Positions 49,558 to 62,829 of a DNA stretch of 64,000 nucleotides are shown here, piece after piece (position 1 is the stretch's first letter; every line of letters starts with the position of its first letter). The position numbers and the translations under genes are program-made. The notes under the pieces are model-generated. The model did not search any database, was not told where the DNA came from, and worked only from the letters and a program-made list of their open reading frames with translations. Origin of the DNA: Squalus acanthias (Eukaryota); assembly GCA_030390025.1 (NCBI GenBank), contig CM059431.1, positions 102,240,001-102,304,000 on the forward strand, read 5' to 3'.

Positions 49558-50900
49558 AAAAAAGACTTGGCATTTCTATCGCGCCTTTCACAACCTCAGG
49601 ACGTCCCAAAGCGCTTTACAGCCAATGAAGTACTTTTTTGAAGCGTAGTCGCTGTTGTAATGTAGGAAACGCTTCTGCTGATTTGCGCACAGCAAGCTCC
49701 CACAAACAACAATGTGATAAAGACCAGATCATCTGTTTTAGTGAACACATTCAACGTATCATCCTCCAGCGTGATCCCACCACCAAACACATCTGCCCCC
49801 CCCCCCCCAACTCCCCTTTCAGCATTCCGAAGGGACCGCTCCCTCCGCGACACCCTGGTCCGCTCCTCAATCACCCCCAACACCCCCTCCCCTTCCCACG
49901 GCACCTTCCCGTGCAAGCGCAGGAGATGCAACGCCTACCCTTTTACCCCCTTCCTTTCCCACTGTCCAGGGCTCCAAACACTCCTTCCAGGTGAAACAGC
50001 GATTTACTTGTACTTCTTGCAATTTAGTATACTGTATTCGCTGCTCACGATGTGGTCTCCTCTACATTGGGGAGACCAAACGCAGATTGGGTGACCGCTT
50101 TGCGGAACATCTCCGTTCAGTCCGTAAGGGGCTTCCGGTCGTCTGTCACTTTAATTCTCCGCTTCACTCCCACTCTGATCTCTCTGTCCTCGGCCTATTA
50201 CATTGTTCCAACAAAGCGCAATGTAAGCTCGAGGAACAGCACCTCATCTTTCGATTAGGCACTTTACAGCCTTCTGGACTCAACATCGAATTCAACAATT
50301 TCAGATCATAACCTCGGCCCCTATTTTTTTTTCTTCACATGGCAGCTGTTGATGATTCTGCCATTCCCATTTACACCTCATCTAGACCCATCCTTTGTTT
50401 CTTAACTTGTCCCATTACCATCTCCTTTTGCCTTGCACCATCATCCCTTTTGTCATTTAATCTCTCCTGCCTTCCATCCTATCACAGACCTTCCCTTTTG
50501 TTCTTTCCTCCCCTCCCCGCTCTCCCTGCCCCTACACTTGCTTAAAAACCTGTTCCATCTCCAACTTTTTCCAGTTCTGATGAAGGGTCATCGACCTGAA
50601 ACGTTAACTCTGTTTCTCTCTCTCCACAGATGCTGCCTGACCCGCTGAGTATTTCCAGCATTTTCTGTTTTTATGTCTGTTTTAGTGATGTTGATCGAGG
50701 GATGAATATTGACCAGGGCACCGGGGAGCACTCCCCTGCTCTTCTTCAAAATAGTGCCGTGGGATCTTTTACGCCCACCTGAGGGGGCAGAAGGAGCCTC
50801 AGTACTGCACTGGGAGCATCAGCCTGGATTTTTGTGCTCAAGTCTCTGGAGTGGGATTCGAACCCACAACCTTCTGACTGAGAGGCGAGAGAGCTGCCCA
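49558..50900 (-). mobile_element. DeuSINE split by a Penelope insertion
   Basis: Tail at 49558-49744; core and head at 50676-50900. Confidence 0.8.
49745..50675 (+). mobile_element. Penelope family-B 3' end with GIY-YIG endonuclease remnant and hammerhead motif (50573-50609)
   Basis: ORF 49991-50311 FTCTSCNLVYCIRCSRCGLLYIGETKRRLGDRFAEHLRS...GLN; TSD tctgttttagtga at 49732-49744 and 50676-50688. Confidence 0.9.
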
Positions 50901-51624
50901 CTGAACCAGGTGGTAAAGCAGACTACTGGAATTTGTTTTTAAAGGAGGGAGTCTTTGCAACATAAGGAGGCACAACAACTCTAAACCAAATGCATCAGGC
51001 TCACGGGCTCAGTGCATCATTATAGAATCAGACAGCACAGAAGGAGGCCATTCAGCCCATCGTGCCTGTGCCGGCTCTTTGAAAGAGCTCTCCAATTAGT
51101 CCCACTCCTGCTCTTTCCCCATAGCCCTGCAAAATATTCCCCTACAGGTATATATCCAATTCCCCTTTTGAAAGCTATTGAATCTGCTTCCACCGCCCTT
51201 TCAGGCAGCACATAAAACAAATTCTCCTCATTTCCCCTCTGGTTCTTTTGCCAGTTACCTTAACTGTGTCCTCTGGTTACCGACCCTCCTGCCACCTCTA
51301 TTAAATCTCCCCTTAACCTTCTCTGCTCCAAGGAGAACAATCCCAGGTTTCCCATTTTCCGCACACACGGTTTCAGTAGTCATGAATGGGTCCCAGGTTT
51401 GTGTGCGGCTAGCTTTACTTACGGGTAATGTATTATTTCTGTGGTGCCCCAAGGACTCTTTCCCTCAGGACACGTTCCTTCTTCAGGTCATTTATTTCCC
51501 TCCCTCTTCTCCTGGAGTCATTTTGCAATTGGATATACTCATTAACAGGCACAAACTCCCAGAACCCAATCAGAAAAGTGGTTTTCGTACTAGTGCTAAA
51601 AGGTTGCAGTTAATTAATAAAAAG

Positions 51625-52060
51625 AGGATATAACTATCAGGAAAGACTGAACAGGCTGGGGCATTTTTCTAGAAAAGAGAAGGCTGAAGGGTGACCTGAT
51701 AGAGGTCTATAAAATTATGAAGGGGTTCGATAGGGTAGACGTAGAGAAGATATTTCCACTTGTGGGGGAGACCAGAACTAGGGGCCACCAATATAAGATA
51801 GTCACTAATAAATCCAATAGGGAATTCAGGAGAAACATCTTCACCCAGAGAGTGGGGAGAATGTGGAACTCGCTACCACAGGGAGTGGTTGAGGCGAATA
51901 GCAGAGATGCATTTAGGGGAAACTAGACAAACACATGAGGGAGAAAGGAATAGAAGGATATGCTGATGGAGTGAGATGAAGAGGGGTGGGAGGAGGCTCG
52001 TGTGGAGCATGGACCAGTTGGGCCGAATGGCCTGTTTCTGTGCTGTAATTTCTATGTAAT
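51625..52060 (+). mobile_element. CR1 3' fragment
   Basis: Peptide MKGFDRVDVEKIFPLVGETRTRGH. Confidence 0.85.
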
Positions 52061-52206
52061 TCTATATAATTAGGCCCAATGATGGCATTCAGATATCTAA
52101 CCAATTTTCCACCCCCTCCCTTTGGCAAGCTCCAAAATCCAGCTCCCTACTAGCCAATGGAGCCGACCCTGAAAACCCAGGCAGGGTCGGCACTCGCTGC
52201 TGTAGG

Positions 52207-52356
52207 CAATGCTCCCTCTAATTTCATTTCTGGCCCTCGCGGCCCCTTTAACGGGCCATTCAAAATTCCGCGCACGTTTTCTATTTAAATGGCGGCTCAC
52301 GGGCTACGCAGGACCTTCAGAGCGTGGCGCGGCCGCGCAGCTTGACAGCAACGTTG
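52207..52356. mobile_element. hAT MITE (caatgttccc-type ends)
   Basis: Perfect 8-bp TSD gctgtagg at 52199-52206 and 52357-52364; related to 57914-58062. Confidence 0.75.
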
Positions 52357-52365
52357 GCTGTAGGG

Positions 52366-52767
52366 CAGCGGTTGCCAACTCTGTTTGGATGTATTCCAGG
52401 AGGTTTCATCACATGACCTCTGACCTCCCACAGCCCCGCACCCCCATCCCCCTCCCCTCCCCCCCCCACCGGATGTCCATTCTCGTGGTGCCCCACCTTC
52501 CCACAGCCAATCGCACCGCGAGCAGACTCTTCATGACTCAACTGAACGATTCTTCACTCTCAGTCAAACTTCCTTTCTTTCCCCCAATTCCTATATTTTG
52601 TTATAACTGATAAACGAAAGTGTTCAAAGTAAAAAAAACCCACGCAATTTCTTGTTTAAATGCCCCTATGATTTTACTCCTGGGTTTTTGCTCCCAACAG
52701 TGTGTCCAGGAGATGAATCTTCAATTCCTGGAGACTCCAGGGCAATCCTGGAGGGTTGGCAACCCTG
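52366..52767. mobile_element. hAT-like MITE (cagggttgccaac ends)
   Basis: TIRs cagcggttgccaac and gttggcaaccctg; flanks ctgtaggg and ctgtagtg (7/8). Confidence 0.7.
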
Positions 52768-52964
52768 CTGTAGTGTGACGTGAACTGCACGCTGGCAGAA
52801 TAATGCCCGATTAGTGAATCCAACGCACGCACTTGTACCTGTCGAAGGCCACCTCCCATCACCTCACAGAAAACTGCCTTTTTTCAACCTGCGAATCTAG
52901 GCGTTGAGTGTTGGTAGGCTATTCAACTACGGGAGTATTGTACCCGAGTCCTCACATTTAAAAA

Positions 52965-53387
52965 AATATTTGTTCACGTGATGTGAGCATCGCTGGCAAG
53001 GTCAGCATTTATTGCCCATCCCTAATTGCCCTCGAGAAGGTGGTGGTGGGCCACCTTCTTGAACTGCTGCAGTCCGTCAGTTTTATTGTTAGTATATCAA
53101 GTCAGAGGGCACCATTTCAGAGGGCAGTTATGAGTCAACCACATTGCTGTGGGTCTGGAGTCACATATAGGCCAGACTGGATAACGAGCCCTCAAGGACA
53201 TTAGTGAACCAGATGGTAGTTTCATGGTCCCCATCACTGATACTAGATTTTTATTCCAGATTTATTTAATTGACTGAATTTAAATTCCCCAGCTGCCGTG
53301 GTGGGATTTGAACTCACAGTCTCCGGATCATTAGTCCAGGCCTCTGGATTACTGGTCCAGTAACATAACCGCTATGCTACCGTACCC
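52965..53387 (-). mobile_element. tRNA-derived SINE-like element adjoining a tail of the CR1/L2-supergroup LINE
   Basis: Minus-strand head tagcatagcgg...gagttcaaatccc; left part matches the LINE 3' end. Confidence 0.55.
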
Positions 53388-54629
53388 CTGTTTGTGCACA
53401 CTTCAGCACGCTCAACTTCTTAGCGATCTGCAGATGGAACCCTGGCTGAATTTTATTTCCTCTCCCTAACCCACGAGTGCCTAGAAGTATCTCAATCACT
53501 ACCCAGCTGAGATAGGACAACCCCACACAAACCAGGCATCTCACATCCGAGTCTACAGCACAGAAAGAGGCCATTCGGCCCAACAGGTCTATGCCGGTGT
53601 TTCTGCTCCACACAAATCTCCTCCCGCTCTACTTCATCTAACCGTATCAGCATATCCTTCGAAATCTGGACTTACACCTAGCGCTATGTCAGAAAGAACA
53701 GTTCATCTTTCCTATTTAGGATTTCTTCCTTTCCTGAACACACCATCGAAGGGCTGTAGGAGCCATCAGCTTTATATATTGAATTAGGCACAGTCAGAAG
53801 ACAGTACTAAAGCTATAATTTACGGGTTCAGATAATGTTGTAAACCACAAGACTGAAGTTCGATCGGTTTATGGATCATATCTGAACCCTCAGATTAAAT
53901 TACAGTTTCTTGCGTCCTCTGTACTACCGATAATTTCATCAGAATATACTTTGCATTCTCAATAAAATGGAAATAATGCCAATGTGGCTTAAAATACTGC
54001 AGATGTTATCGGGTTGAAATGGTCATGTCACCACCGCAGGTCAAACCCCCGATCGTTATTTCACTGCAGTAGATAAGAGACTTGAAATAGACAGCCGGGC
54101 CCTGTTGGTGAAATAAAGATTTATTTGAAAAAAGTTCCCAAACTTCAACCAGACTGCAAACGGCACCCAAAAGAGGATTCCAGAAAAACCTCCCGAAATC
54201 CAACCTCTGTAGTTTGCACTTCTCAATTCGAAGTTGCTCAACTCAAATTGAAATTGTTCACCTATGCTGTTTTATTAAAATTGCATAATTTGTACGGCTG
54301 AATAATGTGCAAGCAAAAAGCTACTCTGAATTAACAGGAGTAGGTGGCACTCCTGTTGGTTGAGACGGGTCAAGAGATGGTTAGATTCTTAACTAGAATT
54401 AAATGGATTAGAAGTTTTAGTTGAAGTTGCTTATACATAAGAAATATTTTATTAACGGTATTTTTAGCTGTTTTTTTTCCCCCAAGCATCAATTCCCAGT
54501 TGTAAGATAAACCCATCACAAATAGCATAATAGACGGATTAGAAATATTGTTCTCCTCTGCGCTATTGATTACTTTGATCAGCGCACAAGATCCATTTCA
54601 AAAGGCTCCACTTTGGGAAGTCTATCAAC

Positions 54630-54912
54630 AACTTAAGAACGCAAATCTTCAGGGGTGATGTCAGGAGGCACTTCTTCACACAAAGGGCGGTGGAAATCGG
54701 GAACTCTCTCTCCCAAAAAAGCTGGTGAGGCTGGGGGGGGGGCAATTGAAAATTTCAAAACTGCGATTGATAGATTTTTGTTAGGCAAGGGTATTAAGGG
54801 TTACGGAACCAAGGCGGGTAGATGGAGTTAAGATACAGATCTGCCATGATCCAATTGAATGGCGGAACAGGCCTGAGGCGCTGAATGGCCTCCTCCTGCT
54901 CCTACATTCCCA
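54630..54912 (+). mobile_element. CR1 3' fragment
   Basis: ttcttcacacaaagggcggtggaa...gaatggcctcctcctgctcctac. Confidence 0.75.
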
Positions 54913-55154
54913 TGTGACATACATTGTATACGATCATCTTAACCAGCAATGTTCTGCGGTTTGTTTTTCTAAAAGTTATTTAATTTAACCTGTTCCCATT
55001 CAGAATAGCCAGAACACAGCTGTCATACATGTCTCCATAGTAACTGCTGCTGCTCTCCAACAACAACATCAGTATATTAAAAGAAATAGTTTCTATTTTG
55101 AGCCATTCAACTAACTATTTTCAGTTGGCTTAATTGCAAGGTACAGTTAAAAAT

Positions 55155-55612
55155 TAAAGACTTGCATTTCTATCGCGCCTTTCACAACCTCAGGACGTCC
55201 TAAAGTGCTTTGCAGCTGATGAAGTACTTTATGAAGTGTAGTCACTTTGTTGTAATGTAGGAAACGCGGCAGCCAATTTGTGCACAGCAAGCTCCCACAA
55301 GCAGCAACGTGATAATGACCAGATAATCTGTTTTAGTGATATTGGTTGAGGGATAAATATTGGCCAGGACACTAGGAAGAACACCCCTGCTCTACCTTGA
55401 AATAGTGCCATGGGATCCTTTGCAGCCACCTGAGAGAGCAGACGGGGGCCTCGGTTTATCCGAAAGACGGCACCTCCGACAGTGCGGCACTCCCTCAGTA
55501 CTGCATTGGGAGTGTCAGCCTAGATTTTGTGCTCAAGTCTCTGGAGTGGGGCTTGAACCCACAACCTTCTGACTCAGAGACGAGAGTGCTGCCCAGTGAG
55601 CCACGGCTGCCA
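55155..55612 (-). mobile_element. DeuSINE, full length
   Basis: Head, core and tail present. Confidence 0.85.
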
Positions 55613-56479
55613 CCTAGACCCCAGATTTCCTAGTGCTTGTTAAAATAAGATGCATGGGCTGTTTCTGGTTATCACTTGTTGACTGTGCTGTCAGGGGCAG
55701 GCTAACCACTCACTTCGTACTCCGGGAGGCAAAGAAGCCATATTGGAAAATAATTAAGCGTTGAGAGGGTTAAGTGTGGCACACGAAGGATACGATTTTA
55801 CTCTTGCGTTTGCATAAGAGATTTGTATAACTGAATATCAAAGACGAGGCTGCATCAGATATCAGATAAAGGGAGGTACATCACAGAACACTGGCACCAG
55901 CCTCATAAAATAAAGGCTGCCTTTAGTCTTTAATAAGAGCCAGAAACCTTTTATGTCGTATAATGTTAATTCCTGTTCTGCTCTGATCGGCCAAAGTACA
56001 CAAAACAAACTGTACTGAGGAAATGTTCAGCCATATTTTAATTAAAGCCAGGTCTGTAAGTAAGGAGACAGTTAGATTTTTTTTTTAGTGATCTATCCTG
56101 GACAATGTGGTGTTTCCTTTTAAAATAGGCTGGTGGGAGGACAGATATTGCGGAAATGCAGAGCTAAAACGATTAACGACCTGGTTCTCAGATGGCTGTC
56201 ATCATAAGATTGTTCCTCAGTCCAATGTCCTATTGTTGAGGGGGGTGGGGGGCGCGGAAATTAGTATTGATGGCACAGCACGGGTGTTAAACAACCTGGG
56301 TTTTCAAAAATGCAGCAACTTTACAAAATGCAAAAGGATGTCCCTTCCAGCAACCCATATTTAAAATTTGGTTTAATTATGTTCAGGAACAAATATTTCA
56401 TGTTAAGCGGAGGATACACACTAGGCACTCATGTGGTGCAATATTCATTCAACAGACAGACCTTTCCAAATAAAGGAAA

Positions 56480-56910
56480 GGAAAATTTACAGAGCGCCTT
56501 TCATGACATCCCAAAGCGCTTTACAGCCAATGAAGTACTTTTTGAAGTGTAGTCACTGTTGTAATGTGGGAAACGCAGCAGCCAATTTGCGCACAGCAAG
56601 CTCCCACAAACAGCAATGTGATAATGGCCAGATCATCTGTTTTAGTGATGAATATTGGCCCCAGGACACCGGGGATAACTCCCCTGCTCTTCTTCGAATA
56701 GTGCCCGTGGGATCTTCTACGTCCACCTGAGAGAGCAGACGGGGCCTCGGTTTAACGTCTCATCCGAAAGACGGCACCTCCGACAGTGCAGCGCTCCCTC
56801 AGCACTGCACTGGGAGTGTCAGCCTAGATTCTGTGTTCAAGTCTCTGGAGTGGGACTTGAACCCCACAACCTTCTAACATCAGAGGCGAGCGTGCTACCC
56901 ACTGAGCCAC
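56480..56910 (-). mobile_element. DeuSINE, near full length
   Basis: Head, core and tail present. Confidence 0.85.
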
Positions 56911-57462
56911 AATCTTACTTTGCGTGACATCTGCTAAACTCCCAGATCAGATTATTTCCGTGTGATCATCCCTAACCGTCCATTGTTCCCTGTATATTTA
57001 CACTGGTGAGTATCTAGCAGTGAGTGAATAGTGGAGTGATAAATAATTCACAGATTAGTATCTGCAAAAGCACCTATGTGGGGGTGGTTAGCTTTGCTAT
57101 GCAAGTCTGCATTGTGTGTACGAGGTCAAGCATTTCCTGCCGCAAAGGTAAAGCCAAATTTGTCATGTACTTAACCGAAAAGGAATGGGACAATTCTTGC
57201 TTTAATTTGTGCGAGATCGTAATCTCCAGGAGTGCGGAGAAGAAATCAGAACTGCATGCTCGAGACTCCCTGCCAATGTGGGAGAGGAGGTAGGGCTGGT
57301 ACTGGATCAGTTACCCACTGACGCTTTCATTAAAATTGAAGGTTTGCAAAAGCATTTGGACTGGTTATGCAATCAGGGAGACAAATGGCCAATTAAATTT
57401 AACACTAAAGCATAAAGGTAAAGTAAAATATGGGTCATCAGTATTGAAGTAGCACAGGAAGA

Positions 57463-57872
57463 TACGAGACTCCCAAAACAAGCGCTCTACTCGGAGCTCC
57501 GACACGGCAAGAGAGGCCCAGGTGGGCAGAGGAAACACTTCAAAGACACCCTCAAAGCCTCCTTGAAAAAGTGCAACATCCCCACCGACACCTGGGAATC
57601 CCTGGCCCAAGACCGCACAAAGTGGAGGAGAAGCATCCGGGAAGGCGGCGAACACCTCGAGTCTCTTCGCCGGGAGCAAGCGGAAGCCAAACGCAAACAG
57701 CGCAAGGAGCGCACGTCAACCCAAGCACCCCACCCCCCCCCCCGCCCCTTCAACCACCGTCTGCCCCACCTGTGACAGAGACTGTAGGTCCCGCATTGGA
57801 CTCATCAGTCACCTGAGAACTCATTTTTAGTGTGGAAGCAAGCCATCCTCGGTTCCGAGGGACTGCCTAAGA
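57463..57872 (+). mobile_element. RTE-clade LINE 3' end
   Basis: Translation RLPKQALYSELRHGKRGPGGQRKHFKDTLKASLKKCNI..WESLAQDRTKWR, then CPTC..HLRTH; TSD agcacaggaaga at 57451-57462 and 57873-57884. Confidence 0.85.
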
Positions 57873-57913
57873 AGCACAGGAAGACCAAGAAAGGGCCTCG
57901 TGAGCAATCGTAA

Positions 57914-58062
57914 CAATGTTCCCGCTAATATCTATTTTAGGTGCGCGGTCCCTTTAACTGGCCGCGCGGCCCATTCAAATTTTCGTGGTTACCTCTTTGT
58001 AAAAGCCGGTGAGCGGCCTGCGCGGGACCTCCGGACCGCTGAGCAGCTTAACGGGAACGTTG
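57914..58062. mobile_element. hAT MITE
   Basis: TIRs caatgttcccgctaa and ttaacgggaacgttg; flanks aatcgtaa and aatagtac (6/8). Confidence 0.7.
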
Positions 58063-58092
58063 AATAGTACACAACGATAAAACTGATTTATC

Positions 58093-59610
58093 ACATAAGA
58101 ACATAAGAAGAAATAGGAGCAGGAGTCGGCCATTCGGCCCCTCGAGCCTGCTCTGCTATTCAATGAGATCGCGGCTGATCTGATCTTGGCCTCAACGCCA
58201 CTTTCCCGCCCGCTCCTCATAACCCTCGACTTTCCTATAGCTCAAATATCTGTCTATCTCCGCCTTGAATACATTCAATGACTCCGCCTCCACGGCTCTC
58301 TGGGGTAGAGAATTCCAAAGATTCACGACCCTCTGAGAGAAGAAATTCCTCCTCATCTCCGTTTTAAATGGGCGACCCCTTATTCTGAAACTGTGTCCCC
58401 TAGTTCTAGATTCCCCCACGAGGGGAAACATCCTCCCTGCATCGACCCTGTCCAACACCCTCAGAATCTTAGATGTTTCAATAAGATCCCCTCTCATTCT
58501 TCTAAACTTCAATGAGTATAGGCCCAACCTGCTCAACCCTTCAACTCAGGAATCAACCTAGTGAACCTTCTCTGAACTGCCTCTAATGCAAGTATGTCCT
58601 TCCTTAAATAAGGAGACCAAAACTGTACGCAGTACTCTAGGTGTGGTCTCACCAATGCCCTGTACAGCTGTAGCAAGACTTCCCTACTTTTATACTCCAT
58701 CCCCCTTGCAATAAAGGCCACTATATCATTTGCCTTCCTAATTACTTGCTGCACCTGCATGCTAACCTTTTGGCCGGGATCTTACCTGAAGAGGCGTGTT
58801 GGGGGCGGGACTGCTGCCTTTTGGGTTCTAGTCCCGCCCCCAGCGACGTCCGACACACAGATGCTATTTTGCGTCAATTGGCTTTGTTAAGCCCGCCCTG
58901 CCAGTTTTCTTAAAGGGGCCACCACCATTTCTTTTTGACAGATGATTTTTTTCACTGTTTGACAGCATTGAGGTGCTGCAAACACTGACAATCACTGTAC
59001 AAAGGTGAGCCCTTGCACCCAGGCTCTCCAGTGACTCTCTCCTTAGGCTAAAACAGATGGCAGCTGCAGGTGAGGTCACAGAAGCGATCTGTCACTTGTG
59101 AGAGAGGTTCTGCCAATGAGGCGGGACTACACAAACACTTCAAAGCTTGTCACGTACAGAAAATTCTAAACACATTAAAAATGACTTTCCCAACATTTTC
59201 TTACCTCTGCAACTCACCAGTGCACCATTGGATCCTTCACACCACTTCTGCAGCTGTCATCTATACACAAACATTACAGTAGACCCACAGCACGCCTCTC
59301 TTACCCTGGCGGGGTTTCCCGACGTCGGGAAGCCCGCGGTAGAAGTGTCAAAATGGGAAAAAGTCTCTTAACTGCCTGTTAACTACCAGTTAACAAGCAG
59401 TTAAGTGGCTATAATCCTCTTCCCGCCGCTAGGAGTCGGGTCCCTGCGCAAATCGGGGACCTGACTCCCGGGAAGATTGGTTGGAGGCGGGTTCGGGTCC
59501 CGCTGCCAATCTTTTTGATTTTGCCAGCAGTCCCGCCTCCAAATCCGACCCCTGAGCGCCGGCAAAATCGCCCCCTTTGTGTTTCGTGTACGAGGACCCC
59601 CAGATCCCCA
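58093..59610 (-). mobile_element. CR1 3' fragment interrupted by a DNA transposon
   Basis: CR1 ORFs 58192-58760; the sequence resumes at 59576 as in the 13050-13085 copy. Confidence 0.85.
58771..59575. mobile_element. Non-autonomous DNA transposon, possibly Harbinger-like
   Basis: Inserted in a T-run of CR1 (apparent ttt duplication); imperfect GC-rich inverted ends. Confidence 0.55.
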
Positions 59611-59825
59611 CTATTCACTCTCTGCTGGACTCCAGCCACTTTATATGTATGTTGTTGTTGTAGTAATAATAGTACACATGTCCGGACAATGTGACAAAAC
59701 AATGAAAATGCTGAAGTATCTAACCAAACAGGAGATTACTAGTCTGTAGAAGTTATGCTAAGATGTTCAGTCAACTCTTGGGAGCGCGGTGTTCAGTTTT
59801 ACTCACTGTACCACTGTAAATATAT

Positions 59826-60125
59826 AAAAGAAAGACTTGCATTTATACAGCGCCTTTCATAACCTCAGGACGTCCCAAAGCGCTTTACAGCCAATGAAGT
59901 ACTATTTGGAACGGCAGTAATGTGGGAAACGTGGCAGCCAATTTGCGCACAGCAAGCTCCCGCAAACAGCAGTGTGATCATGACCACATCATCTGTTTAT
60001 TTAAGTGAAGTTGAGGGAGAATTATTGGCCAGGACACCGGGGAGAGCATGCCTGCTCTTCATTGAAATAGTGCCAAGGGATCTTTTACGTCCACCTGAGA
60101 GAGCACGTTCAACGTCTCATCTGAG
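59826..60125 (-). mobile_element. DeuSINE, partial
   Basis: Tail and core present. Confidence 0.75.
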
Positions 60126-60214
60126 AGACTTGCTTTAGAAGTGGTACTGAAATGAACAAGACTGATCCCAAAGGGAAAGGGGCACAAGTGAGAAGGAAAG
60201 ATCACAGAAGATTT

Positions 60215-60635
60215 ACAACAACAACTTGTATTTATATAGCGCCTTTAACGTAGTAAAACGTCCCAAGGCGCTTCACAGGAGTATTAAAAGACAAAACATT
60301 TGACACCGAGCCACATAAGAGACATTAGGGCAGGTGACCAAAAGCTTGGTCAAAGAGGTAGGTTTTAAGGAGCGTCTTAAAGGAGAGGTAGAGAGGCGGA
60401 GAGGTTATGGGAGGGAATTCCAGAGTTTGGGGCCTAAGACAGCTGAAGGCACGGCCGCCAATGGTGGAGCGACGAAAATTGGGGGATGCGCAAGAGGCCA
60501 GAATTGGAGGAACGCAGAGATCTGGGAGGGTTGTGGGGACGGAGGAGGTTTACAGAGATAGGGAGGGGCGAGGAGGCCATGGAGAAATTTGAAAACGAGG
60601 ATGAGGATTTTAAAATTGAGGCGTTGCCGGACCGG
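60215..60635 (-). mobile_element. L2 LINE 3' end
   Basis: (caa)n tail; peptide PVRQRLNFKILILVFKFLHG. Confidence 0.85.
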
Positions 60636-61199
60636 TTTAATGCGTGACTCTGTGTTGGGGCTGAAGATGTCTCGTGAGCTAGTTGACAAATGTACAGCTT
60701 GCATCTGTAATGCAGCCCGTACCTGGCCGAGTGGAATATTAATTCATAATAAGTTGGTTGACCGATGTTGACTTAATCTCGAGTCAGTGAGCATACCAGA
60801 GATTTTCCCCAACATCAAATGCAGGGTTAACATCTCCGGATTCTATGGAAAACAAGGTGAAAGAATGCTACCAGCCCCGCAGGGTGCCTCAAGTGGTTTC
60901 TGTAAAGACAGAGAAAGACATACAAGAAAGTCCCGTCAGTAATTCTACTCCTCCGGGATCTCGAGTTGACTAAAATTATGATGTTAACATCTAGTTATTG
61001 AATAATTCTCACTATTATTACATTAGATATTTTAATAATTTAGACATTGAAGTGCTTTCCAAACCAAAAGTCTGCTCTTAATTTGACACAAAGTCGCAGA
61101 CTTACATCGGCTGTCCATGTCGATCATTAGTGCGGGAAAGGGAAAGGGAAACATTTACACAGTAGAGGTGTTCCTCGGGGTCTGGATTCAGACACATTA

Positions 61200-62390
61200 G
61201 GCCAGATCTTGCTGGAGTGGGGCATCTTGCAGCAGGCCTCCCTCACCCTTCGGCTCAAAATTCTTTTTTGCGCCGTAACTTGCTGGATTCATAGAAATTT
61301 ACAGCACAGAAGGAGGCCGTTTCGGCCCATCGTGTCCGCGCCGGCCAACAAAGAGCTATCCAGCCTAATCCCACTTTCCAGCTCTTGGTCCGTAGCCCTG
61401 TAGGTTACGGCACTTCAAGTGCATATCCAAGTACTTTTTAAATGTGGTGAGGGTTTCTGCCTCTATCACCCTTTCAGGCGGTGAGTTCCAGACCCCTCAA
61501 ATCTCCTCTAAACCTCCGACCAATTACTTTAAATCTATGCCCCCTGGTTGTTGATCCTTCTGCTAAGGGAAATAGATCCTTCCTATCCACTCTATCTAGG
61601 CCCCTCATAATTTTATACACCTCAATTAGGTCTCCCCCTCAGCCTCCTCTTTCCAAAGAAAACAAACCCAGCCTATCCAATCTTTCCTCAAAGCTAAAAT
61701 TCTCCAGTCCAGGCAACATCCTTGTAAATCTCCTCTGCACCCTCTCTAGTGCAATCACATCCTTCCTGTAATGTGGTGACCAGAACTGCACGCAGTATTC
61801 TAGCTGTGGCCTAACTAGTGCTTCATACAGTTCAAGCATAACCTCCCTGCTCTTGTATTCTATGCCTCGGCTAATAAAGGCAAGTATCCCGTATGCCTTC
61901 TTAACCAGTGCGAGCTGATAACGGGACGACGAGGGCAACGGGGCATCTGGGACCTCGGTGAACGACGGGACCAACAGTCTGTCTCCTTAACCCATGGGAT
62001 TTAAGGATTGAGAAAGAAACAGAAGAACGACGGAGAAGGAAACAGGGTGAATTAGAGTCAAATCAGGTAGAGAGAGAGAAATAAAGAGAGGGAAAGAAAA
62101 AGAAAAAATGTAATTTAAAAAATAACTCTCATGAACAATTCCCTACCTGAAGGAATGAGGCTCCAGAGTTTCAATTGTTCCCTTTACGGGTGGAGAGGTT
62201 GACAGCGGGGAGGCTGAGGGCGGGATGCCGTTTGTGTGAAGGGAACAGCGGAGTGGTGTAAATCCTCCAGCAAGGTCTGGAGATTCACGACTCACGACAC
62301 AGCTCCTCATCCCCTGAACTCGCTGGCCGATTTACGCATGAATAACGCCGTGCGTCGTCAACGCGCCGTTATCGTTCCAGTGAGATCCGG
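61200..62390. mobile_element. Harbinger-like MITE interrupted by CR1 (about 61290-61905, minus)
   Basis: Inverted ends ggccagatcttgctgg and ccagtgagatccggcc; body matches 3845-4850. Confidence 0.6.
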
Positions 62391-62829
62391 CCCAATATTG
62401 GGGAAGAGCGTCGGGGGTCTTAGACTCTATCTGGACATTCTGTACCTGACCTGACGGTAGCTGAGGGACCAAATCCCCCCCAAATCGTTTTGGCAAAAAA
62501 ATTAGAAAAGATTTGGCAAAGGAATAATACTGTAATTGGTTTTCTTAACACAAACAGAAAGAGAATTCCCGAACTCTCTGACAACCGTGGATCAGATGAC
62601 CCTGCGTTTGACAAAAAGCGATTTTCTAAGGGCCTCAAAGTGTCATCAAGGCAGTCCCATTACGGATACAACACAAAAAGCTGCCTAATTTTGAAAACTA
62701 AGGCGTACGTTATAGGCGGGATGATTTAGTGCTCAATTCTGGAAGCTGTGAATGAAGCATTGTGCGCCGAGCAGACCAGCCCGTTGCTTCCCTGAAAAAG
62801 CCTCAAGGAAACAGGACTCCCAACAGAAA

